A DNA stretch of 64,000 bases from the NCBI GenBank assembly GCA_951406725.2, contig OX597825.1, positions 1,426,001 to 1,490,000 of the forward strand, read 5' to 3'. The translations under genes and the position numbers were made by a program. The DNA is from Octopus vulgaris. Taxonomy: Eukaryota. The notes under the pieces are model-generated. The model made no database searches. It saw only the letters and a list, made by a program, of their open reading frames with translations, and had not been told where the DNA came from. Shown piece after piece: positions 10,342 to 22,745 of this stretch; within the stretch, counting starts at the first letter, position 1; the number at the start of each line of letters is the position of its first letter.

Positions 10342-12540
10342 TCACTTGTCCTGCCGGGTCTTCTCGCGCACAGCACACTTCCAGAGGTCTCGGTCTCTAG
10401 TCATTTCCTCAGTGAGACCTAAAGTTCGAAGGTCGTGCTTCACCACCTCGTCCCAGGTTTTCCTGGGTCTGCCTCTTCCACAGGTTCCCTCAACCGCTAG
10501 GGTGTGGCACTTTTTCACACAACTATCTTCATCCATTCTCGCCACATGACCATACCAGCGCAAACGTCTCTCTTGCACACCACAACTGATGCTTCTTAGG
10601 TCCAGCTTTTCTCTCAAGGTACTTACACTCTGCCGAGTGTGAGTACCGGCATTACACATCCATCGGAGCATACTGGCTTCATTTCTAGCGAGCTTACGCA
10701 TATCCTCAGCAGTCACGGCCCATGTTTCACTGCCATGTAGCATGGCTGTTCGTACACACGCATCATACAGTCTGCCTTTCACTCTGTGCGAGAGGCCTTT
10801 TGTCACCAGCAGAGGTAAGAGCTCTCTGAACTTTGCCCAAGCTATTCTTACTCTAGCAGTTACACTTTCAGCACACCCGCCCCCGCTGCTGACTTGGTCA
10901 CCTAGGTAACGGAAACTATCAACTATTTCTAGTTTTTCTCCCTGGAAAGTGACGGAAGTTGGTCTCAGAGCATTTTCAGTGTTTATTGTTCCTGAGCATC
11001 TGCCACATACAAAAACCATCTTCCTAGTTAGCCTTCCTTTGACATTGCTGCATCTCTTATGTGTCCATAGCTTACACTTAGTGCATCTTATAGAGTTTCT
11101 ACCTACACCTTTTCTACAGATCGATCAGGGCCATCTACCTGAAGGTGTTTGTGATTTGTCTACCTTCCTACTGATTACGACTTTGGTTTTAGCTAGATTG
11201 ACTCTGAGGCCCTTCGATTCTAATCCTTGTTTCCACACCTGAAACTTCTCCTCCAGTTCTGATAGCGACTCAGCAATTAGAGCAAGGTCATCAGCATAGA
11301 GGAGCTCCCAAGGGCATCCTGTCTTGAATTCCTCCGTTATTGCCTGGAGGACTATGATAAATAGAAGGGGGCTGAGTACTGAGCCTTGGTGGACTCCTAC
11401 CTCTACCCGGAATTCTTCACTGTACACATTTCCAACCCTCACCCTACTAGCGGCGTCCCTATACATGGCCCGCACAGCTCTCACTAACCATTCATCTATC
11501 CCTAGTTTCCTCATTGCCCACCAGATAAGGGATCGGGGGACCCTGTCGAAGGCTTTCTCCATGTCAACAAAAGCCAGGTACAGGGGCTTATCTTTGGCTA
11601 GGTATTTCTCCTGCAGCTGCCTTACCAGGAATATAGCATCAGTAGTACTTTTCCCTGGCACAAACCCAAACTGCATCTCATCTAAACTAACTCTCTCTCT
11701 AATTAGTTGGGCTATGACCCTCTCCGTAACCTTCATCACCTGGTCCAACAGCTTGATACCTCTGTAGTTATTTGTATCTAGGGCATCACCTTTACCTTTG
11801 TAGCAGTTGACTATTATACTGCTACACCAGTCATTGGGTATGACCCCTTTGTGTATCACCTGATTAACTATACGGGTGACTAGGCTATAGCCGACACTAC
11901 CAGACATTTTGAGCATCTCTGCAGTGATTCCTGATGGGCCTGGGGCTTTCCCTGTCTTCATGCTTCTAATTGCCTTAGCTACCACGGAACTATCAACTCG
12001 GATAGCTGGTCCCTCTGTTGGGTCAACATTCGGCAGACTCTCTTTATCCCATTCATTTTCTTCATTCAGCAACCTTTCATAGTGGCATCTCCAAACCTCT
12101 CTCTTTGCATCCTCATTTAGCGCAAGTGAACCATCTTCCATGCGAACACACTTCTCTCCTACCACATCACGATTCTCTCTCACACACTGTCTTGCAACAC
12201 GAAACACCTCCAGTCTTTGGTCCTCACGGCGCAGAACATTGGCAAATTTTTTCTTATCTGCTTCCCCTCTGGCTAAATAAACCTGTCTCCTAGCTTCTCT
12301 TTTGGCAGTCTGATACAATCCCCTGCTACCCCCATTTTTCCAGACCTTCCAAGCCTGTCTCTTTTCTCTAATAGCCCTGTCTACAATATTGTTCCACCAC
12401 CACGTTATTCTAGGTCGAGAGGGGACTTTGCACCAGCCACAGATCTGGTCAGTGGCTCTCAGCAGGTTGTCCCTTAGAAACGTCCAGCTGTCTTCTACCC
12501 CCTGTGATGCTCTATCCCCTTCTACTTCGTCAGAGGCTTC
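10342..12540 (-). pseudogene. RTE ORF2 reverse transcriptase with one in-frame nonsense codon and a PHD-like finger
   Basis: Motifs KAPGPSGI, NYRGIKLL, QFGF, FVDMEKAFDRV, GVHQGSVLSPLLF, YADD (11287-11298), FRYLG (10900-10914), and an RTE-type C-terminus RRLRWYGHVARM...GRGRPRKTW. ORFs 11125-12570 and 10342-11019 are in the same frame, separated by TGA at 11125-11127. Confidence 0.95.
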
Positions 12541-13019
12541 ATATACATATATATACATACATACATACATACATACAGATAGATGTATACAATAATATTC
12601 ATAAATATATATGATTGATCACTAAATCTACAAGTTTTTTAATTATCTCTCTTTTTATTGTCTCTCAGTTTATTTCCTCATGTTCCTTTCCGTAGAAGAG
12701 CATAGGCTCGAAACATAAAAGACTTTTTCTATTCCTGAGCGTTATACTAATACATCTGTTTGTTTTGTACACCAACTGTCTTTGTCTTTTGTGTTTTTCG
12801 TAAACTCTCCCGATATATATATATGAATGTATATACATATATATATATAGATGTATGTGAATATATATATGTGTGTGTGGGTGTCTGTGCATGTACAGAT
12901 ATTTAAATGTATATACACATACACATATAATTGTGTATGAATATAAATACGCATAAATATATGTATATATGTATGTGTATATGTTTATATGCACATTTAC
13001 ATATGTATGTGTGTGTATT

Positions 13020-13125
13020 CTGCCAGATCAGATTGGAGCCTGGTGCTGCCATCTGGTTTGCCAGTCCTCAGTCAAATTGTCCAACCCATGCCAGCATGGA
13101 AAGTGGACATTAAATGATGATGATT
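13020..13125 (+). mobile_element. Short RTE 3'-end fragment
   Basis: tgccagatcagattggagcctggtgc...ccaacccatgccagcatggaaagtggacattaaatgatgatgat matches the copies at 8146 and 16950-17072. Confidence 0.85.
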
Positions 13126-14381
13126 ATATACATACACATCTGCATATATAAATGCATATACTTGCATATAGGTATACATAAATACATATATATATATGTA
13201 TGTATATATAGAGAGAAAGAGATGGGGAGAAAGAGAGGGAGAAAAAGAAAAGGGACAGTGAAAAAAAAAAGAAAGAGAAATATATAATTATACACTGCCT
13301 CATGACTGCACACAACAAATACTTTAAATCTTTAGGTTTAGTGTTTATGAGGAACACTTGTATGGCGCATACATCATTATTTGCAGCTTATGGTGCTAAA
13401 AAGAAAAGTGGCGATTTTATGCCAACAATTGCAGGATTAGAACTAAGACATTATTCAAACAAAAAATATTTCTAAATGAAGAAAGAGTTTTTTTTTTCTC
13501 TAATTAGTATTAGATGCTTTGTATAATCTTTTAATTATATTTTCATACAATAATCAATAACCATTAAAATTAAAAGATGGTAATTACCTAATATAATAAA
13601 AATAAAATGCACTCCAACTTAAGCACAGTAAAATAACTCTAAGAGAAACTCATCTGTCAATTACAAAAAGATCGGAGTAATTATATTGTGTCTTTAGGGT
13701 TTAGTTTTTCTCTTATGTAAATATTTGACTTATTAGGTCCTTAAATATCCTTGTTGGTCAAAGTCAAAATAGAATATTTTATCTCATCTCTTGAAAGTTC
13801 TTATCATATACTACATTATCTTCCCACTTGAGTCAATAACTACATAAGACATGAGCCTAGAAGAAGACGGTTCAATTTGGTTGCAAAACTGCTAGGAATT
13901 GTGTCAAAACCTCACACAAACCACACTTTGGCATTTTAAAAAAATGATGGCCCATTGGTTGACAAAAATGAGATGATAAATGGCTGGAATGTCCTTCAGT
14001 ATAGGATTTCTTGGTAAGAATTGACCAGAAGCCATAGCAACAAGCATAACAACATGAGATATGGGTGGAAGATTTCTGATTTAGTCAGTGAAACATGGTT
14101 GAATGTACAACAACGACCAGAAAAAAAACCCCATTATATTTAGGACATAGAATGCATAAATACCAAAACTTTATTTTGGTATTTATGGGAGCAACTGTCT
14201 TCGAAGGGTCATATTGTCGTTCAATGCTTGAAATGAGGAGTAGATAGACAGCTGACAACTGACAAAGGGTCCTTCTTTGCGTGTCCTGCTTTCCATTTCT
14301 TTCTCTCGTTGTTTGTGTTTTTAACTCATTTGTTTTCATATTTCATGTTGCTTATTGTCGGTGACTTCCTGTACCCATATA

Positions 14382-14422
<41 letters not shown>

Positions 14423-14484
14423 TTTATATATATATATATATATGTGTATATACACTCACACAAACACACATTGTGAGTATCCAC

Positions 14485-14636
14485 ATGGTTTCTGTCTATC
14501 AAATTCATTCACAAGTCATTGGTCAGTCAGAGGTTAGAGTAGAAGATGCTTGCCAAATGTGCTGCATAGTGGGATTGAACCTGAGATCATGTGATTGCAA
14601 AGCAAGCTTCGTAATAACATAGCTAAGCCTGTGCCT
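14485..14636 (-). mobile_element. SINE family A copy
   Basis: gtttctgtctatcaaattcattcacaag...agtagaagatgcttgcc...gggattgaacc...gcaagcaagctt is the reverse complement of the family A head. Confidence 0.75.
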
Positions 14637-15011
14637 GCGATGGCTTGGGCATGGGACTCCAGTCTGAATATGTTATCCACTTTCATTTCACAATACATCT
14701 TGTAGATATACTGTAACAGTTGTCTTTTATAAATCTGGCACGTGTCCAGTTTCATACATGTAATAATTTGGTGAAAATATAATGCATTCCATATAAAGAG
14801 TCAAACTAAACTGGTATATTTCATATATTTCATTTTACTGGGGAAATCATTCTAAAAATTATATAAGCATAAAATCATAAAACCATAAACTTGTAAGTTA
14901 GAGATTTTAGGTACACTACAATATAAATGTGAAAGTTTCATGCAATTATATAAAGAACTATTAAATATTTGATCAACTAAAATCAGCTATTTTAGTGTGT
15001 GTGTATGTGTC

Positions 15012-15045
<34 letters not shown>

Positions 15046-16034
15046 GGGGGAGAGAGAGAGAGTGTGTGTGTGTGGGAAAATAAAAGAAAACTTTGCATTT
15101 AAATAGTAGACAATTTGAAATGAATGTTAAGTTTCCTAGAAATCTTACGATTTAAATCTGCATTTGCATCTATATTGATGATTAGTAGGGGAAAAAAGTA
15201 CAGACTTCAAGTTTCCATGTAAAAAATAAAGATGAATCTATGTTCTGTAGATATTTTTATTAAGCTGGTACTAAATAACTTCTCTCCATGTCCTTTCACA
15301 CTATAACTTATGCATCTTCTCTTTTGAGCATATGAGAGAGACGAGGGGCGGGGGGGAGCAGGAAGAAGACAGAGAATCAGACCCCCACCCTGCATCGGTT
15401 TTTTTTTTTTTCATTGTCAGGTTCTGGTAGCAAATGACTTTGTTAATTTGAACAAATTACCTAATGACGTTTCCATTCTTTATTTGTGATTTTTTTTTTA
15501 TTTATAAATATATTATTTATTAATATAATTATTTATCATCATCATCATCATCTGGTGTCTGCATTCATTATTTATATATTAATATAGCATTATTCATTTA
15601 ATTTATTTATTGAGAAAATGGTGATAATCTTCAAATGTAAGTGATTTATTTTAATTTCTTTGTTTTGTAAAAGAAAACCAAAACAGCACACACACACACA
15701 CACACACACACTAATGCCAAAGTTCAGGAAAATAATTTTGATATGAATAAAAATAAATTTGGATAAAGCCTGAGGGTTAGAAAATATATTCTTGAAGTCA
15801 AGACTGGGAAAGGTCAAAGTAAAGAAGCAAAACAAGTTTCATTGCAAAAAAAAATTAACAGTTTTTCTCAAATATTTTTACAATTTCAAATTTAGGAAAT
15901 TGAATGTTTCCTAGAGAATACTGAAGGGAAAAGAAAGAATTGTACAAAAATTTAGCTATAGATCTTATTGCATCTGCTAAATAATCAGGTTAATAACAAT
16001 TCGATAGCATTGTTGTTGTTGTTCTTGTGATTTA

Positions 16035-16230
16035 GGTGACAAACAGGCAGAAACATTTAACACATCAGACAAAATGCTTAGCAGCATTGCTTTCAGCTCT
16101 TTACATGTTGAGTTCAAATTCTGCTGAGCTTAACTTTGTCTTTCTTTCATTCAGGGCCAATAGAATAGGTGCCAGTAAAATACTGGACAATGTAATTAAC
16201 TACCCTCCTCCCCTCAAAATTTCAGGCTTG
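16035..16230 (+). mobile_element. SINE family B copy
   Basis: ggcagaaacatttaac...aaaatgcttagcagcatt...gagttcaaattctgctgagcttaactttgtctttc. Confidence 0.7.
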
Positions 16231-16714
16231 TACCAAGAGTAGAAAGAATCATCATCATCATTGTTGTCACTGCCATCATCATCATCATCATCTTTATTAT
16301 TGGGACGTGGGGCTCCAGAAGGAGTCGTGTCCCTGCCTTCCTGAGCTAGTTTTCCACATTTCTTAATAATTGCAGTAGAGGCCTGGTCTTGGGATCACTC
16401 AGGTCTAGAAACTGAGGTTGGGGGGTACTTAAGGGCATGCTCCCCATAGAAAATCCAGTTCCAAAAAAGCCTCATGATAGTAAAGGAAAATGGGCACCAG
16501 CCAGCCCAAAGGTTGGGGTGGGCTGCACCTGCCTACCTCGGTTGCTATGGCATTGAGGTAGATCCAGCCATCCCCGTTAACTGGGACAAAACCCGGATTT
16601 AAAACACTGAATGATTATTATTATTATTATTATTATCATCGTTAAAATGGAGAGCTGACTCAATTGTTAGCAGCCTGAACAAAATGGTTAATGGCATTTC
16701 TTTAAACAGCAATA

Positions 16715-17072
16715 TCAAAATCAATTCAAATGGAAATTGTAGTTGTGACACCCGTGCCGGTGGCACGTAAAAAGCACCATCCGAATGAGGCTGATGCCAG
16801 TGCTGCCTTGACTGGCTTCTGTGCCAGTGGCATGTAAAAAGCACTATCTGATCGTGGTCGATGCCAGCTCCTCTGGCCCCTGTGCTGGTGGCACTTAAAT
16901 AGCACCCACTACACTTGGAGTGGTTGGCATTAGGAAGGGCATCCAGCTGTAGAAAAACTGCCAGATCAGATTGGGGCCTAGTGCAGCCTCCTGGCTTCCC
17001 AGACCCCAGTCGAACCGTCCAACCCATGCCAGCATGGAAATCAGACGTTAAACGACAATGATGACGATGATG
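16715..17072 (+). mobile_element. RTE 3' UTR fragment with diverged 60-bp units
   Basis: gtgccggtggcacgtaaaaagcaccatccg units followed by gagtggttggcattaggaagggcatccagc...catgccagcatggaaa...gatgacgatgatg. Confidence 0.85.
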
Positions 17073-17290
17073 TGGCAAGCTGGCAGAATCATTAGCATAT
17101 GAGATAAACTGCTTAGCGGCATTTCTTCTTGCTCTTAACATATTGAGCTCAAATCCTGACAAGGTCATTTTCACTTTTCATCCATTTAGTGTCAATAAAA
17201 TAAAGTACCAGTCACGTAATGGGGGTTCAATTCACTCAACATGTTGCTTCCCCTCAAAATTACTGGCCTTCTGTTAAAGTTTGAAGTCAC
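17073..17290 (+). mobile_element. SINE family B copy
   Basis: ggcaagctggcagaatcattagc...gagctcaaatcctgacaaggtc...ttttcatccatttagtgtcaataaaataaagtaccag. A similar copy lies at 17866-18060. Confidence 0.7.
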
Positions 17291-19049
17291 TGTTATTTTT
17301 TGCTTCAAAATGCTTAAAGGGTTTCTAAAAATTTCATACAACTTCCATTATTCTTAACAGAATGGGTTTCTCAGATAAAGCATAATATGTTATGCAAGAA
17401 GAAGCCCAGAAAGAAATATTACGACACGTCATACATGCAAAATAATAACTAAGACAAAGGTGACAACGATGGTTATGATGATTGTGCAGAAGAGTCTACA
17501 GTATTATTCTACTTGTTACATGTATTTCAGTTTTAGATTTTTAGCAGCTTTCATTTGGAAATAAAATCAAAGACATAACTGAAATCTTTTAGACAAGTTT
17601 GAGTGCCAAATGAATGAAACTGAAGACATAATAAAACATTTTTTAACATCATGTAGCATTGTTATGAAGATTTATAAACGTATGCTTGCAAACAGAAATA
17701 TGAACATTCATAAAACAAGAAATTTACAGGTGTCCTACAAATGATATACCTTGATAAACTGCAAAGCAACTTTATTAAGTTTCAATGGCTAGACACCACA
17801 CTTAATAGAAATTAAAGAAGGAAAGAATAAATGATCAATATGTAATGGATCGCTGAAGGTAGAAAACTGGCAAAATTATTAGTGTGTCAGGTGAAATGTT
17901 TAGTGGTATTTCTTCCTACACTTTATGTTCAAAACCTACTGAGGTTAGCTTTGACTTTCATCTCATCAGGGTTGATAAAATAAAGTACCAGTGATGTACA
18001 CTGGGGTCAATGTAATTGACTTGTCCCCCTCCTTTCAAAAATGGCTGGCTTTGTACCCTGCAACAGGCTGGTAACCCATTCAGTGGGGAATGTGATGATT
18101 CTGGTCACTTATATACTATGGAAGCCTGGTAAGTGACATTATGTGTTCTTGGGGCCGAGAAAAAAAAAGCACTGTTGAAGATATTTTAAAATATTATATC
18201 TCTATAAATACAAATGTAGAAAAAAAAATCTCAATAAACTGTACCTTATCAAAATGGAACACCAGATATATCAAGGGAGGTACTGTTGAGGTAGGAAGTC
18301 AGGTATAGGGTAAAATAGTTCAGCAATTTGCTTTTCCACTTCAAAGATTGATAAAACAAGTGCTAGGTTGAAATATGTATTAGATTTGATACAATCAATT
18401 AAAAATCCCTAAAGGTGATGTCCCAGCAATGATTGAAACTAAATATTGAAAATGTATTTTAGAAAGTAATGTGATGATTGGCTCAAGAATTTCTTGAAAA
18501 TTCTACAACTATAATCCAAAGCAATCAGATTGCCAAATGAATTTGTTCACTACCAACCCTATCTCCATTAATATCAGAAAATAGTACCAAGACCCTTGAA
18601 CTTCCCCAATATACAAGGGGGTTGTTGGTATCAAGAGTAATCTAGTGTTATTACTGAAACAATTTTTCAAAGGTAAAAAAGTAAATATTTAAAAAAGACA
18701 ATGTAAAGTTTTGTTTTTTAAATTTATTGCAATAAATATATTATTTTACTGATGAAATTACTAGTTCGTCAATACTACACTAATTATACATCTAATTATG
18801 CCAAGCATGAACACATTATCACTAATAACCAGTGTTGTAGCACAATTATTATCCATTAAAAAGGCAAAAGAAATGCACTAGAGATTATAAATTGCAGACG
18901 CAAATATAGTGATGCAGTAATTCATGGAACTACAGGTAAAAATCATAAACAAGTTTGGATAAAATTCAATTTTTTGTTTGCACTTTTAGACTATAAAACT
19001 ACAGATGCTATATATATATAATCAACTGCAAAAGAAATTCTACATGAAA

Positions 19050-20050
19050 AACAAACATTTCTACTCTGCATTCACTGAACAAGAGACAGGCTCAGGTGGA
19101 GAGTCGATCTCTGTAGCTTAGATGTTACATGAAGATGAGTGATGGGCATGATTCAGACAAAGTATAGAGCTACTGTAAGAAAGAGCAGGAGTGGCACAAA
19201 GCAGTATGAAAGAGTTTCAATAGCCAGGTAGTTGTTCATCAAGGATCTGTTCTTAGCCCTGTTTTATTTTCATTATAGACCTTAAGTTAAACACAGTAAT
19301 CAAGGTCTGGGTGTCCTTGGAACATTTTGAACAGTGAAGAGATTTGTTTTCCATGCAGAAACTGTTGAGAAGCCTGTTGAAAATACTCCGGTGTTTGGTA
19401 TCAAAACATTTCAACATTAACAGGGCAGAAACTAAATTACTAAATGTAAACCGATGCTAAATGGGAAGTAGGTCTGTTCAGTAGAGAAGGGGGTCCTAGA
19501 GAAAAAAGTACTTGAAAGGAAAAGTAACGGGAAAACTCCAGCAAGATATTACCATCATTAGGATGACAAAAGGCATCTTTCTTTGTGTACAAGGCAAGCA
19601 TTGTTAAAAATATGTTGTTTAGGCCGATGTCAAACCCAATTGGGTAGACTTATGATGAAAGGAATACCAGCTGCAATCATCAGATATAACATATCTAAGG
19701 CTGTATTATCTAATGTACCTTGTTTAAGATGGTAAGTTGTAACTTTAAAAAAATTTGGCTGTTGTTTCTAATAACTCATGTATCCACATAAAAGCTTCCT
19801 TGTTGGCTCATATATAAAACGTGTGGTACTGACATGAGCATTGCATGAAGAAGATGACTAAGTTTAGTATGAAATATTAAATGTGTAGAGTTAACGCATA
19901 GGAAATGTTATGTGAGTGAGATGAGGCATCGGTTGGAGAGCAACAGCATTGACTGGCGAAGAGGGGAGGGTCAGATGTGCAGCAGAGTATCATGATGGGA
20001 TGTCAGAGGTACCTACAGCAAATTGAGAGATCAGGGTGTTTCATGAATTA
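19050..20050 (+). mobile_element. Highly decayed RTE RT remnant, interrupted by another repeat at ~19640-19810
   Basis: gttcatcaaggatctgttcttagccct encodes VHQGSVLSP. Also gggtgtccttgg (GCPW) and tggtactgacatg (the RWYGH region). Many stops and frameshifts. Confidence 0.6.
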
Positions 20051-21359
20051 ATGGTAGAGAGTAAAAGATGAGAATGCCCCACAGATAAGATTATGCAAAT
20101 TGGAGAATGGAAATGTATTGTACTGCTTGTAAAGCCATCGTTCTATTAGGAAAAGGAAAGAAATGATGATGCTGAGGAGTACAAATATGGTGATGATGAT
20201 GATGATCATCATGATGGTGAGAATGATTTCTTTCAATAACAATGGGGATTAATTTGATGATAATGAGGAGTATGGAGATGCAAACAATGAAGATGACTAT
20301 GATGATGATGTGGCAGTGGAGAAGGAGTAGAAGGATAATGGTTATGTTGATGATGATGATTTCTGTTAATGATAAGGGGGTTGATTATGATGATAATGAG
20401 GAGAACAGAGATGCAAATGATGATGATGATGAGGATTTCATGCTTAGTTTGTCGTGTAGTAAATTTGGACAGCCATGAGAAATATTTCATAGATGGACGG
20501 TTTTTTTTTACAAGCAGTAATCACTTGTAATAGCAATAAGAGCTGGTACCGTGCTCCACCCTTGAAAGAAATTATACTTTAGAAAGCAAATTAAATTAGT
20601 ATCGCTAGGGATTGAAGCCAATACGCAAAAGTGAAGCCATTTATCACCAAATTACTATGACACCAATTTCATCACAGCTGAAGCAAATCAAAATTAAGTA
20701 GAATTGTAAATACCACCAATTAACGAAGCTAGATAATGTATTATTTTTGATAGTTGGCTCAGAGGGAAGAAGCAGTGTCCATGACATTTGCAGGCCCATC
20801 AAGGCTGAGAGATCAATATAGTTAATAAGTTGGTGTCTGTTGAAGGGTGGTGGGGAAAGAAACATGGGCCAATAGGGAATTCTAAGGTGTTGATGTTCTT
20901 GGGAGAAGAACTGATCAAGGTGTTAAATTCAGTGGAGGACAGGTAAAGACATGGGATGGGTGGGGAAAAATACTTGTGTATTTATGCACACGCATGTGTG
21001 TGTGCGTGCATATTTGTCAATTTCATCACAAAGAGAAACACATCTTTGGACTCAATGGCTTCACGGAATTGACCATATGGAGTACATGCACACACACACA
21101 CAAGTATGAATACACATACAAAAGTACAAACATGCACACGCACATTCAAATTTCATCATGAAGGAATGACATGATAAACATTTTTGATTTAACATTCATT
21201 TGTCGAAAGCTAGAATTTATAGAACATTATTGTCTGTCTGTCTGTCTGACTCTGTCTCGCATAGAGGACAATAAATGTCATTTATTAACATAATTATTCA
21301 TAGTTTATTACTTAGGCACAAGGCCAGCAATTTTGGGGGAGGGATAAGTTGGTCATAAG

Positions 21360-22090
21360 TACAGTGATGAATCTAGTGGACAAGCAGGTGTTCACTGAGG
21401 CCCAAACCTTGACCCTTTCCTATTCATCAGTGTTGTTCAGGCCATAACAGATAAATTTAAGTCTGACTACCCTTGAGAACTACTATATGCTCATGATCTT
21501 GCTTTCATAACAGAACTCAAAAAGAAATCCCAAGTGTGGGAGCAAAACCTAGAATCAAAAGGCTTTAAAGTTATCATAGCAAAGAACACGGTTCCAGTAA
21601 GCAAGAAAATGGACAGGATCCTACCCACCTCAAATAAATGGCCCAGTTCAATATGTAGAAATGGTATATAGGCAGGAATTCCATCCAGTGAACTTAGTGC
21701 AAGCTATGAACACACAAGAGGTGCAGATTAACAGAGGAATGAGTTTGGAAGGTGCACAGGAGCCATAAAGTCTACAGACAAATGGTAAACTGATTTTCTC
21801 AAATGCTCTGGAGACTCTCTAGCAGTAGTGAATAATTTTTGCAACTTAGGTGACCTAATTAGCTGTGGAGAAGGATGTACTAAAAATGTAATTGTCAGAA
21901 TAAGAATAAGTTGAAGAAAGTTCAGAGAGCTTTTACCACTGTTGGCTACCAAATATCTCCTTTCCAAGTGAAAGGAAGATTGTATGACGCATGTGTATGA
22001 ACAACAGTACTATATAGTACTGAGAAGTGGCCCTAAATGCAGAGTACAGGCATTGAATGCAGAGGAATAAAGCTAGTATGCTCCACTGAA
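21360..22090 (+). mobile_element. Decayed RTE RT remnant including the PHD region
   Basis: ELLYAHDLA (YADD), QNLESKGFKV, KWPSSICRN...GRNSIQ*T*CKL*THKRC, LGDLISCGEGC, RKFRELLPLL and KGRLYDACV, colinear with the young copy. Confidence 0.85.
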
Positions 22091-22534
22091 GCCACCATAC
22101 ATATGGTGGGCTTCTTTCAGATTCCAGCTACCAAATCCACTCATAACGCTTCATATATATGTTAAAGTTGGAAATGATAGTAATAATCTACAAATGCTTA
22201 ATATGTCACTGAGGCAGGGACATTAAAATTATTGCAAATCTTATGGAGATGATACAGTGAATTAAATGATGAGTATAAGTGTATTAAAATAAGGCAGAAA
22301 CATTAGTGTCATAAACATGAAAGTGTCAAACAGAATGCTTAGTGATATCTAATTGTGGTCATTTAATTATCGTCCAATTGAAAGCAAGTTCAAATTTACC
22401 TTTCATCTTTCTGAGGTTGATGAAATAATGTAGCAGTCAAATAACAGGGATGATCGAATTGATTATACTCATCTTCTAAATTTGAAACCTTTTGTCTAAG
22501 CTAGAAGTCAATATTAATTACATGAAAAAGGAAA

Positions 22535-22745
22535 TGAGCTGGCAGAATATGTTTAGCCTGGCAGGCAAAATGTTTCGTGTCATTTCGTCTGTCTTCATGT
22601 TCTGAGTTCAAATTCTGCCATGGTTGATTTTGCATTTCATCCTATTAGGGGTTGATAAAAAAAGTACCAGTTGAACTCTGGGTTTGATGTAATTGACTTA
22701 AGCCCTCCTTCAAAGTTGCTGGCCTTGTGCGAAAATTTGAAATGA
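22535..22745 (+). mobile_element. SINE family B copy (an older copy lies at 22290-22500)
   Basis: gagctggcagaa...catttcgtctgtcttcatgttctgagttcaaattctgcc...ttgcatttcatcctattaggggttgataaa...gtaccag. Confidence 0.8.

Larger units (their letters stand above)
9733..12540 (-). mobile_element. 5'-truncated RTE-clade non-LTR retrotransposon (young copy)
   Basis: RT ORF, ~600-bp 3' UTR and (GAT)n tail. Truncated at ~12540 with no APE endonuclease domain visible. Both flanks are (TA)-type microsatellite. Confidence 0.95.

Noticed and set aside
11324-11767. Plus-strand ORFs overlapping the RT (also 10271-10549, 10949-11242 and 12018-12293)
   Set aside because: Antisense shadows of the RT reading frame.
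12541-12570. Start codon for the 481-aa RT ORF (MYVCMYIY)
   Set aside because: It comes from the flanking microsatellite. The element is 5'-truncated at ~12540 and is not a complete gene.
13575-13610. Second AG|GT juxtaposition on the minus strand (ttatattag|gtaatt)
   Set aside because: A-interrupted T tract and a weak donor; common in AT-rich DNA.
14180-14330. Possible hammerhead in a short interspersed repeat (ctgacaa, gaaa)
   Set aside because: I could not arrange the core boxes and three stems consistently.
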